Shown here piece after piece: positions 41,301 through 49,259 of a DNA stretch of 64,000 bases. Position 1 is the first letter of the stretch, and each line of letters opens with the position of its first letter. A program made the translations under genes and the position numbers. Source of the DNA: Lytechinus pictus (Eukaryota); assembly GCF_037042905.1 (NCBI RefSeq), contig NC_087250.1:8124001-8188000 (forward strand). Direction: 5' to 3'. The notes below the pieces were generated by a model. That model did no database searches, was not told where the DNA came from, and worked only from the letters and a program-made list of their open reading frames with translations.

Positions 41301-42196
41301 ATGTTAATTGCGAATCCCCCACCCCCCTATGTACAGCACGCCCCAAGGCTTACAAAACCCAGTCAGATTTTCACGCATTATGTCACATGACAAACTTAGC
41401 AATGCATGAGACAGAGATTACATAAGTCATGTTAGTGGCTGAATGAAGGAAAATCACCAAGACATCGGGGGGCATTTCAAGGAAAAATAGTCAGTTATTT
41501 TTCACTTGTATGATCTGAGCCATTCAGATGGAACCAATCCGAATAGTTAGTGAAAAATTATTCATTTTTGGTTTTATTAAATGTCCAAGATCAAGTTCCA
41601 GGTTTTATTTTCATTTCATTTCCATCAATAACATTACAAACATATGCAAATCAGACATAAGTCATAATAATACAAATGAAATATGGTTACAATGATTACA
41701 AATCAAGTATAATATTTCCCAGTTCCACGGGAACCTGTCTCATTACAGAAATTAAACAAAAGTTACAATTATTCTAGTATAAATGAAAGAAATTAAGTTA
41801 TTTCAAATCATATTGGTCTAATCTCGAGATTTATGTAATTATTTGTGACCTTCAAATAGCACTGTTTGAAACTAGTTCATCACGAATACGGTATACCGTG
41901 TAATTGAGAGGCTGAGACTAAAGTGAATATAAAGGAAGCAATATCAAGTTCTGATATTTTAATATTTCAAACATAACGTGTTCAAGTAAGCAATAGACAA
42001 GCAAAAACATAAAACCCAACGAATCAAACAACATAGCAATAGGAAAATCGAGTATAATGCAAATGATGAAGCTCATTTTGAAACTTGCAAAATTCATTTG
42101 AAATATCGGGGGGTAAGAAACAAAATATTCAAACTTACCATGCGCGGTACACGCCAGCAGGAGAATAGCCAGTGCAGCTTTTATAACCCCTCCCAT
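6150..42196 (-). CDS. 25-exon gene (~1436 aa) for a mosaic ZP-domain membrane protein: SP-CUBx5-CTL-FN3-CTL-FN3-ZP-furin site-TM
   Basis: Hand-spliced exons (low-high coordinates): 42139-42196, 39674-39876, 38512-38635, 36972-37334, 35597-35662, 33805-33922, 32992-33179, 32175-32333, 31594-31782, 30645-30871, 28539-28659, 27286-27495, 26768-26971, 23966-24081, 21556-21736, 20926-21132, 20177-20374, 18967-19125, 15990-16127, 13785-13975, 12664-12872, 11479-11664, 10535-10631, 8021-8231, 6150-6337. All introns are GT-AG and phases match throughout. The total is 4311 nt with no internal stop. Domains were called by motif recognition only. Confidence 0.88.
7180..7362. repeat. ~34-bp tandem repeat, about 5 copies
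   Basis: TATACGCA(T/A)ATTCATTATTGT recurs. Confidence 0.85.
8021..8231 (-). CDS. ZP gene exon 24: end of ZP-C, furin site RQRR and EHP-like motif
   Basis: VYIHCDLLVC...C...CPSGLNGRQRRDV...ISRGPIRF; not found by the ORF track. Confidence 0.9.
8423..8842. mobile_element. PIF/Harbinger-like MITE with a TTA TSD, nested in another MITE (~8409-9105)
   Basis: ~40-bp TIRs AGGC(G/C)AC.GCAC.CCTTACGACTGGTCTGCGACCCGATT; TTA at 8420-8422 and 8843-8845. The host sequence is uninterrupted at ~38113-38378 and ~14405-14672. Confidence 0.8.
9180..10365. repeat. CACACTGT-rich repetitive element with ~120-bp internal tandem units
   Basis: CATAGTGGGCTATGTTAAGACGTG..TTCA.ACTGTTAATATGCTG recurs 4-5 times; right end TTTTTACAGTG. 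Confidence 0.7.
10535..10631 (-). CDS. ZP gene exon 23 (ZP-C)
   Basis: GCSVDEGTVIQ...MKTFRFVG, the typical ZP GC..D and FxF motifs. Confidence 0.88.
11479..11664 (-). CDS. ZP gene exon 22 (ZP-C)
   Basis: YPVDMDLNDDLYF...RCVATPS...FIEDG. Confidence 0.92.
12664..12872 (-). CDS. ZP gene exon 21 (end of ZP-N and linker)
   Basis: YYSNTV...IPFTCTY...GQYAFALDIY. Confidence 0.9.
13785..13975 (-). CDS. ZP gene exon 20 (start of ZP-N)
   Basis: LQCSPTTMSVRV...LQLMNDGSC...TNLTSC. Confidence 0.9.
14700..15980. repeat. ~1.3-kb satellite of ~11-bp units ACACACTGT(A/G)A with an internal ~250-bp duplication
   Basis: Read directly; source of the VFTVC-type ORFs. Confidence 0.9.
15990..16127 (-). CDS. ZP gene exon 19 (C-half of FN3-2)
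   Basis: SATIEDLLPDRMYNVTVGA, the FN3 L-P-x3-Y motif. Confidence 0.88.
18235..18819. mobile_element. Kolobok-like palindromic MITE with a TTAA TSD, nested in a ~250-bp MITE
   Basis: AGGAGAATGAAAC termini, TTAA at 18231-34 and 18820-23, long internal inverted arms. An empty host copy lies at ~36017-36272. Confidence 0.85.
18967..19125 (-). CDS. ZP gene exon 18 (N-half of FN3-2)
   Basis: PSNLAVVATQTSMMVTWTP...VIGYRVRY. Confidence 0.9.
20177..20374 (-). CDS. ZP gene exon 17 (C-half of CTL-2)
   Basis: GYSDQSVEGDWRWVDC...W...EDCAAL...C...YICE. Confidence 0.92.
20926..21132 (-). CDS. ZP gene exon 16 (N-half of CTL-2)
   Basis: CPTNYELGPNGHCYRF...C...LVIVNDQAELDFL...WWVG. Confidence 0.92.
21556..21736 (-). 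CDS. ZP gene exon 15 (C-half of FN3-1)
   Basis: VIISGLSPATTYLFEL. Confidence 0.9.
21800..23900. repeat. Degenerate CA-rich low-complexity region, interrupted at ~22115-22530 by a hairpin-rich element
   Basis: Recurring TATCAAATCTACAGACTC and AATCCTCCCACACC motifs; inverted pair TATATCCTGCATCAA / TTGATGCAGGATATA. Confidence 0.7.
23966..24081 (-). CDS. ZP gene exon 14 (N-half of FN3-1)
   Basis: YPSNFQVLEIDDNDVSLSF...CDVSGYK. Confidence 0.88.
24429..26134 (+). mobile_element. Non-autonomous Helentron/Helitron-like (HINE-type) element, ~1.7 kb
   Basis: 5' ATTAGGTGGTCTGTC with a local hairpin and a TTTA microsatellite; 3' GACAGACCACCTAAT subTIR, hairpin TAATTCGTC/GACGAATTA, then CTAGT. Confidence 0.7.
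26768..26971 (-). CDS. ZP gene exon 13 (C-half of CTL-1)
   Basis: GYYDAAINGEWVWVDC...NWQVGAPND...HCAYM...YNDDDC...YVCE. Confidence 0.92.
27286..27495 (-). CDS. ZP gene exon 12 (N-half of CTL-1)
   Basis: ECPTGYSYNPSNDTCYKFV...WWNARYDC...WWVG. Confidence 0.92.
27603..27670 (+). mobile_element. tRNA-like SINE head fragment
   Basis: ACTCAGTGGT (A box) and GGTTCGATCC (B box); no intact acceptor stem. Confidence 0.5.
27771..28505. mobile_element. Non-autonomous TIR element with CACAC/CACTA-like ends and TA flanks
   Basis: CACACTAAGAAATACCGGT at the left end; ACCGGAATTCCTTAGTGTG at the right end. Confidence 0.65.
28539..28659 (-). CDS. ZP gene exon 11 (C-half of CUB5)
   Basis: ITGSELPNDVVS...LNIRFTSDSSGTGSGFSFTY. 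Confidence 0.92.
28882..29868 (-). mobile_element. HINE/Helentron-like element carrying 4-5 tandem units of ~160-190 bp
   Basis: subTIRs GTCTCACCTGCAT / ATGCAGGTGAGAC, (GCC/GTC)n microsatellite, internal repeats containing TGACCTTTGACCT. Confidence 0.8.
30645..30871 (-). CDS. ZP gene exon 10 (N-half of CUB5)
   Basis: GVVSSP...YPNDADCQWII...VRIHFTEFDLE...DKL. Confidence 0.93.
31370..31565. repeat. Degenerate (CAT)n microsatellite
   Basis: Read directly. Confidence 0.85.
31594..31782 (-). CDS. ZP gene exon 9 (C-half of CUB4)
   Basis: YDWLEIGYG...LMTG...LWIVFS. Confidence 0.88.
32175..32333 (-). CDS. ZP gene exon 8 (N-half of CUB4)
   Basis: CGGTLDL...GSI...YCQWLV. Confidence 0.88.
32992..33179 (-). 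CDS. ZP gene exon 7 (C-part of CUB3)
   Basis: DSLHVFTG...LTGS...VTLVFTS. Confidence 0.88.
33805..33922 (-). CDS. ZP gene exon 6 (middle of CUB3)
   Basis: LVCVYRI...RIQVFVEEMDTEEG; phase 1 to 2 fits the neighbouring exons. Confidence 0.82.
35597..35662 (-). CDS. ZP gene exon 5 (linker and start of CUB3)
   Basis: SSCGGNFT; 66 nt, phase 1-1. Confidence 0.8.
36972..37334 (-). CDS. ZP gene exon 4 (CUB2, lacking the usual Cys residues)
   Basis: LYSNDYPMFYDDN...IWNI...DLEME..DWM...FRSDYS...GFH. Confidence 0.92.
38512..38635 (-). CDS. ZP gene exon 3 (C-half of CUB1)
   Basis: VTGSAIP...FHVTFVSDG...GTGFQMVY. Confidence 0.9.
39674..39876 (-). CDS. ZP gene exon 2 (N-half of CUB1)
   Basis: ICGNNMTYPGTLESPGFPSPYANSLEC...LQF. 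Confidence 0.92.
42139..42196 (-). CDS. ZP gene exon 1 (signal peptide)
   Basis: MGGVIKAALAILLLACTAH, ACAATGG start context, phase-1 GTAAGT donor matching exon 2. Confidence 0.88.
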
Positions 42197-43519
42197 TGTG
42201 TCTTAGCTTTTTTTTTTATTGTAGAATAAGAGAAGAAGTCAATCCCTTCTTTGAAAAGGGATCTTATTTTTCCAAGGATCAGAAATAAATTAAAGAAAAA
42301 TTGAAGAAATAGACGAGGGAAGAATCGCGTTAAAGGGAGAGGTGATTGTGAGAACACTGCCCCGGACGATTGGTTCCCGCGATTATCAACCCTTAATGAT
42401 CGGTGATTTAATCTTACGACCTACCATCGGGCTTGAGTATTATTTAAACAGTTTAAAGATAAAGTTGGACAAACATGTGTTGTAGTCCAAAATCACATTA
42501 ATCACGTTTTGAACACTTGCAGACAGAGACCGCATCACCATGAAAAAATTATGTAAGTATATACACACGAGGGTTAATTTTGTGGAACATTATTATTCAT
42601 TATTTACCAAGTCCAAAATGTTTAACAATTGAAGGGGGGACTGGTTAACACCATTTTCAAACACTTTCCCTTTAAATAAAATCTGAAAAGCAAAAATAAA
42701 TAAATAAATAAATAATGATAATAAAATGAATAAAAAAGAAATGTCATTAAAATTCTGTCTGAAGAACTTTCCCCGTCATTACTTTTTTCATTTTTTTTGA
42801 AGGAATTTTCAATTTTCTATGACGAAGAGTAAAAGAAAGAAAAAAAATTGTCAAAAAGGTACAATGCATTTGGCTCAGGTACCAACTATCACGGTGCGCA
42901 TAAAAGAGGGAGAGAGAGAGAGAAAGAAAAAAATATATAGTGGTAAAGAAAATGAAGAAAAAAGGGAAAACTCTAAAAGCAAATGACCAATGATGTTACC
43001 GTCATCTAAAACCGACGGGGGCACAATAGTGTCAACACCCTGCAACAGATAATCGAAGGTGCACAATTGCAATTCCAGTCACACATGTTTCATATCTTGA
43101 AGCGGAACCGATTTTAACCCTGGGGTTCTTGTTTTCTGGATAGGCCTACATAATAGCAATGGCATAGAAATAGGGGGGGGGGGGGTTGGAAGGTCAGCCC
43201 CCAAATTTTCACAACCAAGGGGAAAAATAGAATAGGAAATGAACAGTGTGAAGTATTACTTTTAAACAGATCAAAATCAATGACAAATTTGATTTTTGTA
43301 TTAAAATGTCAACATTTCTTCTCGTTCGCTTCGCTGTCTCGCAGCTTTTTAAGAAATATTTTCGACATACACCATGTCGGGCCCCTTCAAATAGTTTTGC
43401 CTCATTTCGCTACCTGAGATTTCGCTCACATGAGATATGACATCAACCGGCATCAATCATAACTATTTAGGCCGTGTTGCACCCCCCTCAATCTTGGTGC
43501 CGCCCCTCTATACCGAACG

Positions 43520-44318
43520 ATTGAAAAAGACAAACCAATTCACATTTCAATGTTTCATCCCTAATTTCGGTTTGATCTTATACCAAACACTGATTCGAAA
43601 AAGACTACCCAATTCACATTTCAATGTTTCATCCCTATTTTCGGTTTGATCTTTTACCAAACACTGATTCGAAAAAGACAACCCAATTCACAATTTAATG
43701 TTTCATCCCTATTTTGGTGTGGTCTTATACCAAACACTGATTTGAACCGGACAACCCAATTCACAATTTAATGTTTCATCCCTATATACCAAACACTGAT
43801 TTGAACCAGACAACCCAATTCACAATTTAATGTTTCATCCCTATTTTCGGTGTGGTCTTATACCAAACACTGATTTGAACCGGACAACCCAATTCACAAT
43901 TTAATGTTTCATCCCTATTTTCGGTGTGGTCTTATACCAAACACTGATTTGAACCAGACAACCCAATTCACAATTTAATGTTTCATCCCTATTTTCGGTG
44001 TGGTCTTATACCAAACACTGATATGAACCGGACAACCCAATTCACAATTTAATGTTCCATCCCTATTTTTGGTGTGGTCTTGTACCAAACACTGATTTGA
44101 AAAAGACAACCCAATGCACATTCTAATGTTCCATCCCTATTTTCGGTGTGGTCTTATACCAAACACTGATTTGAACCGGACAACCCAATTCACAATTTAA
44201 TGTTTCATCCCTATTTTTGGTGTGGTCTTGTACCAAACACTGATTTGAAAAAGACAACACAATTCACATTTTAATGTTTCATCGCCATTTTCGGTGTGAT
44301 ATACCAAACACTGATTTG
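43520..44318. repeat. 74-bp tandem repeat, ~11 copies (one shortened)
   Basis: Unit GACAACCCAATTCACAATTTAATGTTTCATCCCTATTTTCGGTGTGGTCTTATACCAAACACTGATTTGAACC(G/A). Confidence 0.93.
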
Positions 44319-44536
44319 TAGCAGTTCACATTGGGCAGCTTTGGGTTAAGATATCCTCATTGGAAGATTATCATGATATTTGCTAGGTACGAAGATAAAC
44401 GATGATGGGATTGTTAATTGTTTGGATCGAGATAAAATTCCTCAAAAGCAAATAGGCCCATAGTAAACCGCCCTAAATTGCATAAAAGCCAGTAAACCAT
44501 GATTTAATTCACCTTATACTGTCTTCCTTTTTCTAT

Positions 44537-45013
44537 TAAAGAGGGAGTTCATCCTGACAAAAAGTTTATTGTAAAAATAGCAGAAAATAATAAAAAAATA
44601 TCATCAAAGGTTTGAGAACAATTAATCCATCAAAGAATAAAAAGTAATTAGAATCTTAATTATTTAATTTGTGACGTCATGTGCGAGCAGGTTCCCACCA
44701 TATCCTATGATAAAAAATAAATGAAATGTAATTTTCTCAGAAAATTGATTACGGTTTTTACTGTACCATCAGTTCAGTATATCTAGAGACAAATCATTTC
44801 ACACCCGTTTTTAAAAACCAAGTCACCACGAACCATTAAAAAAAATGATATTTATGCATTTTACACTACAAATTTTTACAATACTCGTTTATGACGACCC
44901 AAATCCAATAGTTTTAAATTCTAATAACTTTCTTAATAATGGATTTTCCAACCTTCACCAATATTTTTCTATTTTTTACAACAAACTTTTATTCAGGGTG
45001 AACTTCCCCTTTG
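44537..45013. mobile_element. Kolobok-like MITE; a related copy lies at ~53657-54158
   Basis: Inverted termini AG(A/G)GGGAA(G/A)TTCA(T/C)CCTGA with TTAA-like flanks; central GTGACGTCA. Confidence 0.7.
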
Positions 45014-46747
45014 AAGAAAAAGAAATCTGACCCTAAAGTAAATTTGTTTTTTGTTTCTGTTCATGCTATTTCTAAAACATTGTAATGATATGCTTAATAT
45101 AAAAAGATTTATTCATTATATCTGTTATATCCTTTATTATTATTGTTATATTAGTACTTCCATTATACAATGGCGCGAAAATATCACTACTCAGATGAAA
45201 ATCAGTTTTTGATCAGGAAATCGTTATTTAAACAATACCATAAGACAACACATAAGACTGAACGTTAGAAATCATTATTTTTGCATGAAATGAACATTCT
45301 TTTTATTTACAGTATTGAATATCGAAAATCAGTACTACTCGCGAACTCTGCCTCTCCCGCATCAAACCCTCTTGCCCATCCCTCCATCTCCATCTCCATC
45401 TCGATCTTCTCACACTGCAAAAACTTGGTGTTGATTTAACGGCTCGGTGTAAAAATGGCAGAGGTAAAAATGGCAAAGGTAAAAATGGCAGAGGTAAAAA
45501 TGGCAAAGGTAACAATGGCAGAGGTAAAAATGGCAGAGGTAAAAATGGCAGAGGTAAAAATGGCAGAGGTAAAAATGGCAGAGGTAAAAATGGCAGAGGT
45601 AAAAATGGCAAAGGTAAAAATGGCAGAGGTAAAAATGGCAAAGGTAAAAATGGCAGAGGTAAAAATGGCAGAGGTAAAACTGGCAGAGATAAAGATCATG
45701 ATATGCGACATCAACAAGGAAAAAACAGAACCTTTTCGGTTAATATCAGTCATAGTTATTGAACTTGAATGGACTCCTCTCGACGAAAGGAGCAGCGGCG
45801 TAACAGGGGTTGGTGGCCAGGGGGGGCAAGAGCCAAAAATTTCCCGGTCATATCATGGAACAGGCAATGGCGTCATAAGGCAAAAATTTTGAGGGGGTGA
45901 TATGGCGTACCGGGCAAATATATATATATAAAAGCGAGCGAAGCGAGCGAGCAAAAATTTTTGACATTTTTATTGCAAAAATCAAATTTTGTGATAGATT
46001 TTGACATAATGTTAAAAAGATGATATCATATTTCACCCTCCTCTCTTTCCTTTTTTCTCTCTTTTTTTGTACGCCACGGTGAACAGGATTTTTGTTATGA
46101 TTGTGAGCATCAGGGCGAAGCTCTATATGCTCGAGGGGGCCGAGTATGGCGCTTCTGGCAATAAATAGCTTGATATAGGTCCCGAGAGAGCGAAGCGAGC
46201 GAGATAAAAAAAAATCACCTTTTCATGAGAATCTAACATGAAGATAGATTTTAACGTGATATTCAGAAAAATATAATACACTTTCCTTTCTTTCCTCATT
46301 TTTTTTTGTTTGGTTGTAGAACTTTTGGGGGCCATGGTCCAAACTCATCCATATAACAGTGCTTTATGGGTGGGGTCCAGGGCAGAGCCCCGGAACCTCT
46401 TGATATCAAAGCCATTTTGAACCTTACAGATGGCCACTTATTTTAATCAAATTGCGTGTATATTTATATAGCTTTAACACAACACATAAATTCAATGCAG
46501 TTGTGTATCGTAATCATCCAAATATTGTGAGGGGCACACCATAGCAAATGTGTGAAAATTTGTAAAAAGTCACCAGCGAGCGAAGCGAGCCGGAAAAAAA
46601 ATGGCCTGTTAAAATGAAATTCTAATTATGTGATAGATTTTTACATCATTATAGCAAATATCATGTCATATATTTTTTTTCATTTATCTCATTTCGCTGC
46701 CTCCTTTATTTTCTTTTATTTCCCCTTGGCTGTGGAACCACCCCCCG

Positions 46748-46835
46748 GTACGCCAGGGTCCATATAGGGGCCCGTTATAGAACCCATTAAAGTACGCCAG
46801 GGTCCATATAGGGGCCCGTTATAGAACCCATTAAA
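46748..46835. repeat. Perfect 44-bp tandem duplication
   Basis: GTACGCCAGGGTCCATATAGGGGCCCGTTATAGAACCCATTAAA twice. Confidence 0.9.
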
Positions 46836-47179
46836 GGTTACAGATGAAGAGCCCCCACTGCACGGGGTCTTGACTCTTGGACAGAGCCTTTGGAGATTTA
46901 GCAAGTTTATGATAGACTTTCATACGACATTATGCTATATACCACTGGCGTAAATCCGTGTTGATGGGTGGGGGGGATGACTAAGATATTTTGGCATTTT
47001 TTTGCAATCATGTTTTTAGATATGCAAGGAATTGTCATTGATATGTCCACAGTGGCGACCGTGGGTCACGGCATGGGGGGGGGGGGGCACCAGCAAAATT
47101 TTTGAATGACTGAGTGAGTGACCTAATAGAGACATTTTAAGGACAATGTCATTAAACGGATATGTATCTCACTGATCAA

Positions 47180-47470
47180 ATAATGCGAGCGCGAAGCGCG
47201 AGTTGAAATTTTTTTATATTCACACCTAAAAGGGGCATTATAATAAAATTTGTGTAATCATGATAGGTACCTGTCTCGCTTAACAATGCGAGCGCGAAGC
47301 GCGAGCTGAAAACTTAGATAATTCAGACCTGAAGTGGGGCATTCTAAGGTTTCTTTGTAGGAATTAACTAGGACCATACGTATTTCATTAACCAAATGAT
47401 GCGAGCGCGAAGCGCGAGCTGAAAATTTTTGATATTCAGATCAGAAGAAGGGACATTTTAAGGACTGATT
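47180..47470. repeat. ~110-bp units carrying GCGAGCGCGAAGCGCGAG hairpins, among G/C-run interspersed repeats
   Basis: Motif at ~47185, ~47288 and ~47400; related GCGAGCGAAGCGAGC at ~45933, ~46188 and ~46576. Confidence 0.7.
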
Positions 47471-49259
47471 TTAGGAATTCATGAAGAGCAGACATATCTC
47501 ACCAATCCACTAATGCGAACGTAATCACGGACAAGAAATGTTTCATATATACCAGGGGCCGCGGAACGGTTTTCAAAGTGGGGGGGGGGGGGGGGCTGAG
47601 CCAAAAGTGGGGGGGGGGCTGACCATGCTAAAAATCACAATCATATGGTCATTTTTACGTTTTTGTACACAGTTTTGGAAAAAAGTGGGGGCTGAAGCCC
47701 CCCCAGCCCCCCCCCCGCTTCCGCGGCCCCTGTATACGAAGACCTTAACATGGGGCAATCACTTTTGAGTCATGAAAAAGAAGCATATGTCACTACATAA
47801 AACAATGATAACTCAAGTGCTAGGAAATATATTTGGTTTATATTGACTTGAAAACGGGATGTTTTAGTACAACAGGATTATATATCTCGTTAACCAGACA
47901 ATGCGAGCACCAGGAACAATGAAGACGTAGGCCCTGGGCAAATTATGTTTCATAAAGTTATGATAAAAATGTTTCTTATGTAATGTAACTTTACATAGTT
48001 ATAATATAATACAACATTCTTCTTTCTTCTTTCCCACAACGTTTCTCTTCCTTTCTCCCTCTTTTCTCCTTTTCCCCCTTTCCCCGTTTTTTTTTTGGTC
48101 AGCCGATGGGGGGGGGGGGGGGGGGGGGGGATGTGCCCCCATGTCCCCCGTAGTTACGCCACTGTATGTCCATATGGCAAATACCCCTCCAATATTATTA
48201 TCTTTTTTACCCCATGATGGTTTAATGGTTTTATTAGAGATTACATTCAACAAATTTTTGACATTCCGTCTTAATCCCTTCCCAAAGACCCCAACATTGA
48301 TGAATTGGAAGAAACGGGGGTTTCTCTTCAATGTTATAATAAGGACATAAGTATTTCGTTTGGAAATGGTGAACTGGCTCTTTATTTGCATTTTATGATT
48401 CAATAATATTATTTTATTTGTTAAGCGGTATTTTTGGAAGAATTTTTACCAATAAAACAATTATCTCTTGTGATTTTTTTTCATTTCTTTCGTAAAAAGT
48501 GGGGGGGGGGGATGTTTGTACAGGCCATCCCCCCTCCTCGAAAAGTGGGGGGGGGGATATATCCCCCCATCCCCCCCCCCCCGGGATTTACGCCAGTGCT
48601 ATATACCATCCATTTTCCTTCCCGCTCGTTATCTCAATCCTCGGCAGCCCGGTAGTGTACGTTATCTTGTCCCTATTCTTTAATTTCCAGTTTAGATTTT
48701 GGCTAATTTATTTCCCGCTTTTGTTTTCCTTTTTGTCATCTTTAATTTATTTCCCTGTCTTACTAATCATGCTAATGTATTTGTATATCGGGGCGAATTG
48801 TTCTTTCTCACTTGTTTTTTTTTCCTTCCTTTTCCCGTTATCTTTCCGTTTTCCCTTTTTTATGTTTTTTCTTAGTTTTATTTTCCCTTTTCCTTTCCCT
48901 TTCCCCTTCCCCTTTTTCTTTCCTTTCCCTTTCCCCTTCCCCTTTCCCCTTTTTTCTTTCCTTTCCCTTTCCCTTTCTTCCCCCTTTTTTTTTCTTTTTC
49001 CCGTTTTATTTTTATTTTCCCGGTGAGCTCCGCCAGGGGGGGCAGCTTGCCCCCCCCTGCCCCCCCGCCTGTTACGCCACTGGAAAGGAGTATAATGAAC
49101 TGATTAGATATTATATGGATTTTTCTTTCATCATTTTAGGTCTATACTTTATCGTTGATATGATCAAACTCAAACTATTTCATGCCAAAATAATTTCAAT
49201 TAGTGATTGATGAAAGTATTTATCTTGGCCAGTTCGTATAGTAGAACGGCACTTCATCC

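Noticed and set aside
43520..44318. Possible CRISPR-like array
   Set aside because: Head-to-tail repeats with no unique spacers, eukaryotic context and no cas genes.
45303..45892. MAEVK, PFLPL and SAIFT pentapeptide-repeat ORFs (also 54238-54906)
   Set aside because: The 15-bp repeat is open in several frames on both strands; these are transposon arms, not a pentapeptide-repeat gene.
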